The position numbers and the translations under genes are program-made. DNA of 64,000 nucleotides, taken from the IMG/VR virus record IMGVR_UViG_3300042691_019786; one strand, given 5' to 3'. The notes under the pieces are model-generated. The model saw only the letters and a program-made list of their open reading frames with translations. It made no database searches and was not told the origin of the DNA. Shown piece by piece: positions 1-8,438 of the stretch; position 1 is the stretch's first letter, and the number at the start of each line of letters is the position of its first letter. Origin of the DNA: a virus.

Positions 1-201
1 GATAATATCTATCAATATAATAGATATATTCATTTTTTCTAGGTATAACGTTAAATTTAACGTTATTTTTTATTGGATTCCATTTACTATCCAATAATGT
101 CGCATTATATTTAGTCGAAAACATATTTAAATATATGATTATTTTTCTTTATAGTCAATATTTATTATTATAAAATAACAATTAATTAAATCTTAGAAAC
201 T

Positions 202-276
202 ATGGGTTGCGGATGCGGAAAACCAAGAACAGTAGAAACTACTACTCCACCACCAGTTACACCAACTAGTAAATAA
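202..276 (+). CDS. 24-aa Cys-rich micropeptide (MGCGCGKPRTVETTTPPPVTPTSK), not in ORF track
   Basis: ATG at 202, TAA at 274-276; TATTTAT motif upstream (159-165) and terminator hairpin directly downstream. Confidence 0.6.
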   Translation: MGCGCGKPRTVETTTPPPVTPTSK

Positions 277-295
277 TATGGTGGTTATAAAAAAT

Positions 296-324
296 AAAGG
301 ACTCTAATTTAGAGTCCTTTTTTT
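296..324. terminator. bidirectional intrinsic terminator
   Basis: aaaggactct-aattt-agagtccttt hairpin between convergent ORFs, A/T tracts on both sides. Confidence 0.8.
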
Positions 325-688
325 ATTCTACTGGGTCTGGTCCAGTTGGCATATCTACTGATTGGGTTTGCGTATCACCAGTAGATACTGTTTGTGTTTG
401 AGTACCTCCACTTGTTGGTGTTTGAGGTTGTGGTGGTTGCGGTTCACCACCTAAATTATTACTTCCAAATCTTCTTGTCAAAGGGTCTAATAGTACAGTA
501 CCCATACCTATTTCAACTATCCATTCCATTGATTTAAACATGTGTTCTTCAACTTTTAACCCAAAATATAAATTGCTTATAAAACCAATTGACATCATTG
601 TAAACGCTAAAAATGAAATTAATCTTTTACTAGATACATCACTTTTTGAACTTAAAGCTTTTAATAAAAATTGTTTTATTTTTTCCAT
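323..688 (-). CDS. small 2-TM membrane protein (holin-like) with Pro/Thr/Gln-rich tail
   Basis: SSKRL motif followed by hydrophobic helices; low-complexity C-terminus. Confidence 0.5.
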   Translation of the reverse strand: MEKIKQFLLKALSSKSDVSSKRLISFLAFTMMSIGFISNLYFGLKVEEHMFKSMEWIVEIGMGTVLLDPLTRRFGSNNLGGEPQPPQPQTPTSGGTQTQTVSTGDTQTQSVDMPTGPDPVE

Positions 689-721
689 AGTTTTGTTTTT
701 AATATAAATATGCTAAAAAAT

Positions 722-754
722 AAAAAACCCCCAGTAAAGCGACTTACTGAGGGT
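722..754 (-). terminator. intrinsic terminator downstream of tmRNA
   Basis: accc-ccagtaa/ttactga-gggt stem followed on the minus strand by a T6 tract. Confidence 0.7.
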
Positions 755-804
755 AATAATTTCATTACTCACGGATATTTGTTTGAGAATGAATCTGTTA
801 AGAG

Positions 805-1164
805 TGGAGTATACGGGAATCGAACCCGTGTGTTGAATATTCTTCAATGCTTTCTACATGTTTAGGACATAGTTTTCAAACTATCCGAAATTTCGCTACC
901 TCTTTTTACCGTGTAATTTAAGCTTCACACCAGATGGATTACCATTATCTTAGTGGATTACCACCATCGGTAGGTTACTACCATATGCAATATTAGGCTA
1001 CTGCAAGCTCTCCGTTAGAAACGAATGTCGCTTCATCAAGGAAATTTTCTGATACGATTAAATCGTTGTCAATTCTTGTTCTAATAGACAGTTTAAAGTG
1101 CTTCCAATCTAGCACTACATGCTTACTACCTACGACTATACCCAGTCAATACCTTAAATACCCC
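805..1164 (-). ncRNA. ssrA: transfer-messenger RNA (tmRNA), 360 nt
   Basis: 5' GGGGTAT pairs with 3' ATACTCC-A, including the G3:U alanine determinant; GGTATTGAC D-loop equivalent; T-arm ACGGG-TTCGATT-CCCGT; pk1-like GTGCT/AGCAC stem; tag frame 1070-993 reads DNDLIVSENFLDEATFVSNGELAVA*; CCA not encoded. Confidence 0.95.
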
Positions 1165-1183
1165 ATAAATTAAAGAACGTGTA

Positions 1184-1318
1184 TTATTTTACTAAATAAT
1201 AAATTTCACCATTAAGTTTAATAAAATAATTAAAAATTTTTGATGACTTAGAAAATTCTAAAGTTTCGTTTTCATATATTAAGAAAACTGAATTGTTAAT
1301 TATTTTTATTGTATTCAT
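1184..1318 (-). CDS. 44-aa hypothetical protein upstream of tmRNA (MNTIKIINNSVFLIYENETLEF...)
   Basis: open frame ATG 1318 to TAA 1184, preceded by TATTTAT motif; below ORF-track cutoff. Confidence 0.4.
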   Translation of the reverse strand: MNTIKIINNSVFLIYENETLEFSKSSKIFNYFIKLNGEIYYLVK

Positions 1319-1378
1319 AATGTGTTTTATAAATATGTGGGTTTCTGTTAAAAAACCCACTTATTTATTTTCTTATTA

Positions 1379-1409
1379 CAAATGTACAAACATTTTTTAA
1401 ATAATGCAA
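1379..1409 (-). promoter_or_regulatory. Bacteroidota-type housekeeping promoter upstream of tmRNA
   Basis: minus strand TTG-N20-TACATTTG matches the -33 TTTG / -7 TAnnTTTG consensus. Confidence 0.75.
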
Positions 1410-1421
1410 GTAATTTTGCAA

Positions 1422-2147
1422 TTATTTTTTCTTTTTAGCTGTAATAATGTTATCAACGATTCCATAAGCTAAAGCTTCATCAGCATTTAACCATAAATCA
1501 CGACTTGCATCTTCCATTACTTGTTTTGGGTCTTTATCAGTATATTGACCTAACAAACCAAATAAAATGTCATTATACTTTTCACCTTCAGCAATTGAAC
1601 GTCTAATGTCTTGGATGTTACCTTGAGCTCCAGTCGAAACTTGGTGTAGCATTACTCTACTGAAACGTAATGTATAACGTTTACCTTTTGTGCCAGCACC
1701 CAATAAGATACTTCCCATACTTGCAGCCATACCAGTGTTAATTGTTACGCAATCAGATGTGATATAATCCATTACGTCAACGATTGATAAACCAGATTTT
1801 ACTGAACCACCTGGAGAATCGACATGTAAAGTAATATCTTTTGTTTCTAAGTTATCCAAAAACATAAGTTGTGCTTGTACAACTGTGCTCATTCTGTCGT
1901 TAACTGGGCCAGCTAACCAAATGATTCTATCCATCATCATTCTTGAAAAGATATCCATTTGTGTTGCTCTTAATTCTCTTTCTTCAAGAATGTAAGGCGT
2001 TAATGATGCTGATGGCACCATTAATGACGCTTGAGAACCATAAAGCTTTTCTTGCATTTGTTCCCATTGGTGAAACTCTAAAGATGAAACACCCATATGC
2101 TTAATAGCATAATCTCTAAATTCATTAGTTAAATTCATATTATTCAT
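1422..2147 (-). CDS. clpP: ATP-dependent Clp protease proteolytic subunit
   Basis: TPYILEER...DIFSR, SPGGSV, catalytic Ser (AASMG), His (MLHQ), Asp (RDLW); Bacteroidota-style N-terminal extension. Confidence 0.96.
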   Translation of the reverse strand: MNNMNLTNEFRDYAIKHMGVSSLEFHQWEQMQEKLYGSQASLMVPSASLTPYILEERELRATQMDIFSRMMMDRIIWLAGPVNDRMSTVVQAQLMFLDNLETKDITLHVDSPGGSVKSGLSIVDVMDYITSDCVTINTGMAASMGSILLGAGTKGKRYTLRFSRVMLHQVSTGAQGNIQDIRRSIAEGEKYNDILFGLLGQYTDKDPKQVMEDASRDLWLNADEALAYGIVDNIITAKKKK

Positions 2148-2448
2148 AAAATTTTGTCGTTATAATAATTGGTGTGTTTTCACCCATCCATGTTGATTTT
2201 ACGTTGTAGTAATAGTATTCTAAAGCCATTTCTAAACAAACTTCATCTTTGGTTCTATCAACTAAATCTTCTGGTGATGCTTCCATTTGATGGAATAGAA
2301 TCTCAATTATTTTTTCTTCATCGTAAGCTACTATAGGACCAAAATTAGGTCTTTCAGCTATACCTATTATAGCATCGTCAAACCCATCCATGAATAACGC
2401 TTCTGGGTTTGACTCAGCCAATAGTTCTTCTACTTCTTCTCTACTCAT
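2140..2448 (-). CDS. conserved phage hypothetical protein
   Basis: DGFDDAIIG...YD...EY..YN...GE.TP pattern typical of a phage family; coupled to neighbouring genes. Confidence 0.7.
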   Translation of the reverse strand: MSREEVEELLAESNPEALFMDGFDDAIIGIAERPNFGPIVAYDEEKIIEILFHQMEASPEDLVDRTKDEVCLEMALEYYYYNVKSTWMGENTPIIITTKFYE

Positions 2449-2900
2449 TAGTATGCTTTTGCTTTTTTACTAGTAGCATTAGCAGCCTCATCTTCAGCTT
2501 GTTTTTCAGCTTCGTATAAAGATTTAATAGACTCACGTAATGTATTCCATTTATCAAACGTATGTTTAGATAATACACCACTAAATGTTACAACATCTGG
2601 TTTGCTGATAATTAATTTATCATTTTCCATATCATAATGGATACTAGATAAAGATTCCTCAACAACAATTCTGCGTTGTTCATCAGTTAATTGTTCAAAA
2701 ATTCTTTCATTGATAACGATGATTATGTCGTCACCAGTTTTGTATTTTAACAATTCATTTGCTTTGTTAACTTTAAACAATTCTTTAGATTTGTTGTTAA
2801 CCAATACACTGATATTAACATATTGGTCTAAACCAACATTTTTAATTACTTCGTTGTATAAATCCAACGTGTCTTCAAATGGTTCTTCAAATTTTGCCAT
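2448..2900 (-). CDS. hypothetical protein, possibly degenerate phage metallopeptidase-like fold
   Basis: DIIIVIN...LTDEQR..VVEESL...KPDV resembles that family but lacks HExxH. Confidence 0.5.
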   Translation of the reverse strand: MAKFEEPFEDTLDLYNEVIKNVGLDQYVNISVLVNNKSKELFKVNKANELLKYKTGDDIIIVINERIFEQLTDEQRRIVVEESLSSIHYDMENDKLIISKPDVVTFSGVLSKHTFDKWNTLRESIKSLYEAEKQAEDEAANATSKKAKAY

Positions 2901-2970
2901 AATTTACTTTTTTATTTATTTTACTTTATTTTTCCTAATATACAATTTTATTATATGAATTACAAGCAAA

Positions 2971-3993
2971 TTAAGAATTTTGTGTTGCAAGTAATTTTTC
3001 TTTTAAATCAATGATAACAGATTTTGTTTCATCATCAATCTCTTTAGGTATGTCAACAGATAGGTTAACAAAAATATCACCTCTACCATCATCACCATAC
3101 ACTTTAATACCTTTGAATGGAATTCTTAACGTTTGTCCTACTTCACTATGTTCTGGGATAGTTATTCTAATGTTGTTACCTTCAATTGTAGGTATTTCCA
3201 TCTTACCACCTAAAACCATTGTTGGAAAAGGTACTTTTAACGTTAATTTTAAATCTTTACCGTTTCTAGTGAATAATTTATGTGGTAATTCTAAAATCTT
3301 TATTATTAAATCACCTTCCTCACCATTTTTAACACAATGACCTTTACCTTCCATAACAAATGACATACCATCAATAACACCAGATGGAACTTCAACTTCA
3401 ACCATTTCTTCTTTATCAACAACACCATTTCCTTTACACTTCCCACATTCTTTTGTGTATGTTTTACCAGTGCCAGAACAATGATTACAAGCAGTCATTT
3501 GCTGAATTATACCCATAGGTGTCTTCATAACGTGAACCATTTGACCAGAACCACCACAAACGTGACAATCTACAGTGTTTTCACCACCATGACCATCACA
3601 CGTACCACATTTGGCTTTTCTAGTGTATTTATAGCTCTTATTAACACCATTAAAAATATCTTCTAACGTTAGTTTAACGACTAACGAAATATTTGAACCA
3701 TATCTAGGTTGGTCAAACCCACCAAATGGGTTTCTTCCACCAAACGGATTTCTAAATCCACCGAATGGGTCGAAACCTTGTCTACCACTAGAATGACCAA
3801 ATTGGTCATAATTAGCCTTTTTGCTGCTATCTGACAATGTTTCGTATGCTTCTGATATCTCTTTGAATCTTTGTTCGTCACCGCCTTTGTCTGGGTGATG
3901 TTCTTTTGCTAGTTTTCTATACGCTTTTTTAATTTCATCAGCACTAGCACCTTTTTTAACACCTAATACTTCGTAATAATCTCTTTTACTCAT
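2971..3993 (-). CDS. dnaJ: chaperone DnaJ (class A)
   Basis: J-domain with HPD, G/F-rich region, four CxxCxGxG repeats, C-terminal domain. Confidence 0.96.
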   Translation of the reverse strand: MSKRDYYEVLGVKKGASADEIKKAYRKLAKEHHPDKGGDEQRFKEISEAYETLSDSSKKANYDQFGHSSGRQGFDPFGGFRNPFGGRNPFGGFDQPRYGSNISLVVKLTLEDIFNGVNKSYKYTRKAKCGTCDGHGGENTVDCHVCGGSGQMVHVMKTPMGIIQQMTACNHCSGTGKTYTKECGKCKGNGVVDKEEMVEVEVPSGVIDGMSFVMEGKGHCVKNGEEGDLIIKILELPHKLFTRNGKDLKLTLKVPFPTMVLGGKMEIPTIEGNNIRITIPEHSEVGQTLRIPFKGIKVYGDDGRGDIFVNLSVDIPKEIDDETKSVIIDLKEKLLATQNS

Positions 3994-4047
3994 GTTAATC
4001 TTTATTTTTTGTCTAAACTACATATTTTTATATAAAAAAGCAAGTAT

Positions 4048-4701
4048 ATGAGTTATAGAATTGTGTTATTATCAAATGGAAAATATAAAAAAACGTTATA
4101 TAAATGTAAAACCAAACAAAACGCTTTTCTTAAATTTCACAAAATGAAAGAAGAAAATAATGTCCTTTATCCAAAAAGATTTTTAAACACAAACGGAATT
4201 AAAAAAGTTAAATATGAAATTTGTGTTACTAAACCTACTGAAGAAGATGATACTTTTAGATTGTTAAGGGATGATTATGGCAAATTATACACTGAACAAC
4301 CTTTGGGCGATTGGACAATATTAGTTTCTGATGAATATAATATTGAAGAAACGTTTTATATCTATGGTTATGAAGGTGATGAACGACCAACAATAAGAGA
4401 AGTTGTTAAACGACTTATGTTAGGTGCTCACGCTAAAAAAATGGTTAAACAAGTATTGGTTGTTTATAATAAACTTGTAATTTATAATGAAGACCAGTTT
4501 GATATGATTATTTGTAAAAATTTAGAGGACGCTCAAAGATTACATCATACGCTGGCAAAAATTGTTAAAAAACAAAAAATTAAAAGTTTATTATTTATGG
4601 GTACAGCGCAACCAGCACAGATTGGTCGAATGTATGATATCATACATGAAGAAACTGGTTGGCCATACACCAAAATAAGAAGGACTAGTACTAGACCTTA
4701 A
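4048..4701 (+). CDS. hypothetical protein
   Basis: 217-aa ORF filling the gap between minus-strand genes. Confidence 0.75.
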   Translation: MSYRIVLLSNGKYKKTLYKCKTKQNAFLKFHKMKEENNVLYPKRFLNTNGIKKVKYEICVTKPTEEDDTFRLLRDDYGKLYTEQPLGDWTILVSDEYNIEETFYIYGYEGDERPTIREVVKRLMLGAHAKKMVKQVLVVYNKLVIYNEDQFDMIICKNLEDAQRLHHTLAKIVKKQKIKSLLFMGTAQPAQIGRMYDIIHEETGWPYTKIRRTSTRP

Positions 4702-4889
4702 TCAATATACAGTCTTTCTAAGTTTTTAACTAGAACTTCTATTCTAGCGTTATTCCTATCTATAATTTCTTGTTTATCTGTAGGAATCTCAAATACGTAT
4801 TCAGATTTTATTTTAGATATTTCTCTTTGTAATATATCACTTTCTCTTACGTATTCATCGTATAATCTAGCTTTGTCTTCTCTATTCAT
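4698..4889 (-). CDS. small coiled-coil hypothetical protein (start MNREDK)
   Basis: ATG at 4889 overlaps the stop of the upstream gene. Confidence 0.65.
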   Translation of the reverse strand: MNREDKARLYDEYVRESDILQREISKIKSEYVFEIPTDKQEIIDRNNARIEVLVKNLERLYID

Positions 4890-5232
4890 TACATTTGCAT
4901 TTACCATCTGGGTTATTACCACAGTCACATGGTTTTTCTTCTAATTCAATGATTTCTTCTGGGATATCAATATCTTCACCAATTGAGAAACTCTTTTTAA
5001 CGTCTTCAATTATTTTGTTTATTTTCTCCATTTCATCTTTTGGAACTACCAAAGGGTTGATACATTCAACTCTTTCTTCACCGTTTGTCGGTAAGAAGAA
5101 TGCCATAGCGTTAGCTTTTTTTTGATTTAACATCATGTTAACTGATTCTGTGAATGGTTGGATGATTTCTTTAATTTTCATCATCTCAGCGTCCAAATAG
5201 AACACTATAATCAACGGATAATTTTCACTCAT
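4882..5232 (-). CDS. hypothetical protein with Cys-rich C-terminus
   Basis: 116-aa ORF ending CDCGNNPDGKCKC. Confidence 0.7.
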   Translation of the reverse strand: MSENYPLIIVFYLDAEMMKIKEIIQPFTESVNMMLNQKKANAMAFFLPTNGEERVECINPLVVPKDEMEKINKIIEDVKKSFSIGEDIDIPEEIIELEEKPCDCGNNPDGKCKCNE

Positions 5233-5234
5233 TT

Positions 5235-5507
5235 TTATTTGTTTTTAATGTATTCGGAGAAACTTATTTCTTCGATTATGTTTTGTTTATCAATCGTTTC
5301 TAAACTTTCATTTGTAACAAAATGTTCTATTATTAATTCATCAACTTTAGCGTCTTTGTTTTTACTACCATACTCAGTAAAACCATTTAGTATTATATCA
5401 CCTTCACCTAGATTTAGAATCAGATAGATTAGGTATTCACTAATCGATTTATCATCAAACGTAGAACTTTTTAGTTTATCAATTTCTTTTACAACAATTC
5501 TTTTCAT
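5235..5507 (-). CDS. hypothetical protein
   Basis: 90-aa ORF in operon-like spacing. Confidence 0.6.
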   Translation of the reverse strand: MKRIVVKEIDKLKSSTFDDKSISEYLIYLILNLGEGDIILNGFTEYGSKNKDAKVDELIIEHFVTNESLETIDKQNIIEEISFSEYIKNK

Positions 5508-5583
5508 TTATACTTTAAATATTAAATTATTATTATTTAATTTAAGTTTATCGATTTTTTTTCACATTGTAAAGCATAAAAAC

Positions 5584-5611
5584 AAAAAAAGGACCCAAAA
5601 TGAGTCCTTTT
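5584..5611 (-). terminator. intrinsic terminator
   Basis: minus strand AAAAGGACTCA-TTT-TGGGTCC-T7. Confidence 0.8.
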
Positions 5612-5617
5612 AATTAG

Positions 5618-5807
5618 TGTTTGTAACAAAATGCTGGAGTAGTTTTAACCTTCTAAACTCAATAAAGAAGTGTCAATTTTTTTATTAGGCTTTGACTCCT
5701 ATTTTTACCCTAAAATCTCCCGAAGGTGTTAATTTTAAGGTTGTTACTGAACTATATTAATTGTATAAATTTTTTTAAGTTGCAGAATGCATTTTTCTAT
5801 ACAAACA
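5618..5807 (-). ncRNA. candidate structured ncRNA (Y-RNA-like partner of adjacent Ro-like protein?)
   Basis: ends pair (TGTTTGTA/TACAAACA and AAAATGC/GCATTTT); internal cUUCGg hairpin, possible pseudoknot, two TTCWGYAAC motifs; no ORF; terminator immediately 3'. Confidence 0.55.
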
Positions 5808-5818
5808 TTTGAAGAAAA

Positions 5819-5838
5819 TTGGGGCTTTTACACCCCAA
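5819..5838 (-). terminator. hairpin after Ro-like gene (terminator or processing stem)
   Basis: minus strand TTGGGG-TGTAAAAG-CCCCAA followed by TTTTCTT. Confidence 0.6.
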
Positions 5839-5842
5839 CCTC

Positions 5843-7282
5843 TTAGATTGTTACTGGTGAGTAACGCTCAGAGTCGATAACACTCAACATCATTGATATT
5901 GGGTTTAAATCACGACCAGCTAACAAGTTTGTTAACAAGGCTGGTGAGAATCCAGATACCAATGCAGTACCATTTGTATCAAAGTGTACTGGTTTGTTGT
6001 TATCACCTCTTGATTGAATGTTCCAGTATACAACTTTTGGAGTTTTATATCCAGCTTCTGCATACATTGATTCAATCATTTTTTGAGCAGTTGGGTTCCA
6101 ACCTCTACCTCTTAAAGCAGAATTAAACTCCATGTCTGACAAGATTAAAATCATTGTCGGCATTTCTGATTGAGGAACGTTAGACTGTTTAGCTTGTTTA
6201 AGTATTACCTTAAATACAGCTTCCAAGTTTGTTGACATATCCCAATCAGCTCTTTGAAGTTGATTGTAACGCTCATTTAAATTACCTTTCAAGATTTGTA
6301 ATTTTGGACTTTCAGAGAAAGTAACAAAAGCATCTTGGAAAGGACCAACGTTTCTTTCAGAGATGTATAATCCCAATGAGATTGATACATCCATACAAGT
6401 AACGTTAGGGTTACCACCAGCTGGGCATGACATTGACCCAGAAACGTCAACTACTGGTAAAACATACTCTTCGTTAGTTTCCATGTAGTTTGGTAACGCT
6501 TTCCATTGTTCGTTAGCACCTTTAGCATTTCCATGTTTCAAGTTTTTAACGATGTCATATGGGTACACCGCACCAGCGTTGATTTTAGTTTCACCTTTTT
6601 CAAGAGAAGCTAAATACGCTTGGAATCTCTCTAAATCGTTCTTAGAGAACGCTTTCATGTAATCACTCATCGCTTTTGATGGCAATTTAGAGTACTCGAT
6701 TTTAGAGTATTCTCTAGCACACATTAATTGCTCAACTGTGTTAGAGTTTTCAGTCAATAACTTACGGTATTGCTTTGGTGTTAACCCCAAATGCTTTCTT
6801 AAAGCATTCGCCCATCTTTTCTTCTCACGGTTAGATACGTTTGGACGTGGCATCCATTTAGCTGCCAAACCATCTTTTCTATCTAACGCTGCTGAGATTA
6901 AGTTCAACGCTGTAGTTTGTAATGGTGTACCAACAAGAGTTAGTAAATCATCCCAACGACCATACTCGTTAAACAAGTGTAAGTTTTTACTTAATATCTC
7001 TGTACGGTTCTCAGCTAAGTAAGCAACAATATCTCTAAAGATTTGTCTTTCACCAGCACCACCCCTTACGTCACGAGCCCAAAATAACAATTTCATTGCA
7101 TGTAATGGATTCTCAGCAAAAGCTTTCGTGAAAGCATTGATTAATCTTTGCTTGTCTTGACCTCTCATTGCACCGATTTGGAAGAATAAATCTACACAGT
7201 GGTTCAAAGATGATGAGTTTGTAGCCATTCCGTTTTCAGTTAACGAATCCGCTGTTTGCATTGCTTTTAAAAATGTGCTCAT
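5843..7282 (-). CDS. Ro60/TROVE-like protein (DUF2828 helical domain + vWA)
   Basis: N-terminal TENG, RDVRGGAGER, YGRWDDL, AAKWMPR motifs; MIDAS-type DVSGSM; ILSDMEF; LVSGFSP. Confidence 0.85.
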   Translation of the reverse strand: MSTFLKAMQTADSLTENGMATNSSSLNHCVDLFFQIGAMRGQDKQRLINAFTKAFAENPLHAMKLLFWARDVRGGAGERQIFRDIVAYLAENRTEILSKNLHLFNEYGRWDDLLTLVGTPLQTTALNLISAALDRKDGLAAKWMPRPNVSNREKKRWANALRKHLGLTPKQYRKLLTENSNTVEQLMCAREYSKIEYSKLPSKAMSDYMKAFSKNDLERFQAYLASLEKGETKINAGAVYPYDIVKNLKHGNAKGANEQWKALPNYMETNEEYVLPVVDVSGSMSCPAGGNPNVTCMDVSISLGLYISERNVGPFQDAFVTFSESPKLQILKGNLNERYNQLQRADWDMSTNLEAVFKVILKQAKQSNVPQSEMPTMILILSDMEFNSALRGRGWNPTAQKMIESMYAEAGYKTPKVVYWNIQSRGDNNKPVHFDTNGTALVSGFSPALLTNLLAGRDLNPISMMLSVIDSERYSPVTI

Positions 7283-7317
7283 AATATTTTATTTTTAAGA
7301 TTTATAATTAAGTGTTG

Positions 7318-7348
7318 CAAATGTACGAACACTTTTTTGTTTTTGCAA
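7318..7348 (-). promoter_or_regulatory. Bacteroidota-type promoter for Ro-like gene
   Basis: TTG-N20-TACATTTG on minus strand. Confidence 0.75.
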
Positions 7349-7401
7349 GTTTTTTTTAAACTTTTTTTAAATTATTTTTTAATTTGTTGATTTTTATCTA
7401 A

Positions 7402-7878
7402 TTATTTTTGTGCATCTAAGAAATCCATATCATATAATTCACGTTTAACTAGTTTTCTAATACCGTTTACTTTCTCATAAGTTCTAATGTAATGTTCTTG
7501 ATAAAGAATCGTTACAGTGTCACCAATAGACGCTATTAGTTTATCATGAAGTACTCTATGTTTAGTTTCTTTACCTTCAACTGTAAACGTGCCATGCTCA
7601 CATTGAAAAGCAACACCAAAACGTTCTGGTATAGTAGTTGTTGTTAATTGATGGTTTCTACCTACTTTAACACCAGTATTTCCGTTATAATCAGTACCAG
7701 TAAACCCACCATGGTCAACCATTGTTCGTCTTATTTCAGTACGATGTTCTGATGGTGTATATAATGTTGTCACCACAACTGCTTTTTCTCTTAAAATAGG
7801 TGTTGTTTCGATTTCAGTATCGGCACAACTAGTTAAGGATAATATTAATCCTAACACTAAAAATTTACTTCTTTTCAT
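7402..7878 (-). CDS. putative lipoprotein (start MKRSKF)
   Basis: basic N-terminus, hydrophobic core, lipobox LTSC. Confidence 0.75.
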   Translation of the reverse strand: MKRSKFLVLGLILSLTSCADTEIETTPILREKAVVVTTLYTPSEHRTEIRRTMVDHGGFTGTDYNGNTGVKVGRNHQLTTTTIPERFGVAFQCEHGTFTVEGKETKHRVLHDKLIASIGDTVTILYQEHYIRTYEKVNGIRKLVKRELYDMDFLDAQK

Positions 7879-7889
7879 TTTATTTTTAT

Positions 7890-8402
7890 TTATAATTTTA
7901 AAAACCATGCCCTTACTGTTGCAGTAGAGTTTTGTATATTCTTAAACTCAGCGTTGTTTATTTGTCCATCACTAACAAAGTATTGTCCAACTTCGCCACT
8001 ATAATGGCTACCGCCAAAAGGTAAAAAATAATTTAATGTCAAAGTCTTATTTGTTGATGCAACACCAGCAGTTAATGTATATGTTCTTAACGCATAGAAA
8101 TTACACTTATATTGATTGTTTGAAACAAATTCAATCGTGTCATTTGGATATGACGTTGCAAATGCAGTTACTACTTTTGTTAATACCCATCTTGTACCTA
8201 CTAATTCATTATTTGTAGAACCACCCCAATTAGGTAACGTTCCTTTGTATGTATATTTCCACTCCCATGTTGTCGTGTCTTCTGGTTTAGGTTCATTCTG
8301 AGCGTAACTACCTGGAGTTATTTTCTTACATGACGCTAAAAACAAGCAAGTCACTACACAAAGCGAAATTATAAATAATGATATTTTAGTTTCTGTTTTC
8401 AT
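7890..8402 (-). CDS. putative lipoprotein, lipocalin-like
   Basis: signal peptide with LASC lipobox; ELVGTRWVL resembles a lipocalin/META N-terminal strand. Confidence 0.7.
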   Translation of the reverse strand: MKTETKISLFIISLCVVTCLFLASCKKITPGSYAQNEPKPEDTTTWEWKYTYKGTLPNWGGSTNNELVGTRWVLTKVVTAFATSYPNDTIEFVSNNQYKCNFYALRTYTLTAGVASTNKTLTLNYFLPFGGSHYSGEVGQYFVSDGQINNAEFKNIQNSTATVRAWFLKL

Positions 8403-8406
8403 ATTA

Positions 8407-8438
8407 CAAATGTAAGTATAATTTTTTAATCTACCAAA
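8407..8438 (-). promoter_or_regulatory. Bacteroidota-type promoter (near-leaderless) for lipoprotein pair
   Basis: TTTG-N20-TACATTTG ending 4 nt before the ATG at 8402. Confidence 0.7.

Noticed and set aside
805-835. tRNA-like T-arm and acceptor end
   Set aside because: The matching 5' acceptor strand is 360 nt away with a tag frame between, so it is tmRNA, not a tRNA; the overlapping 671-865 + ORF is spurious.
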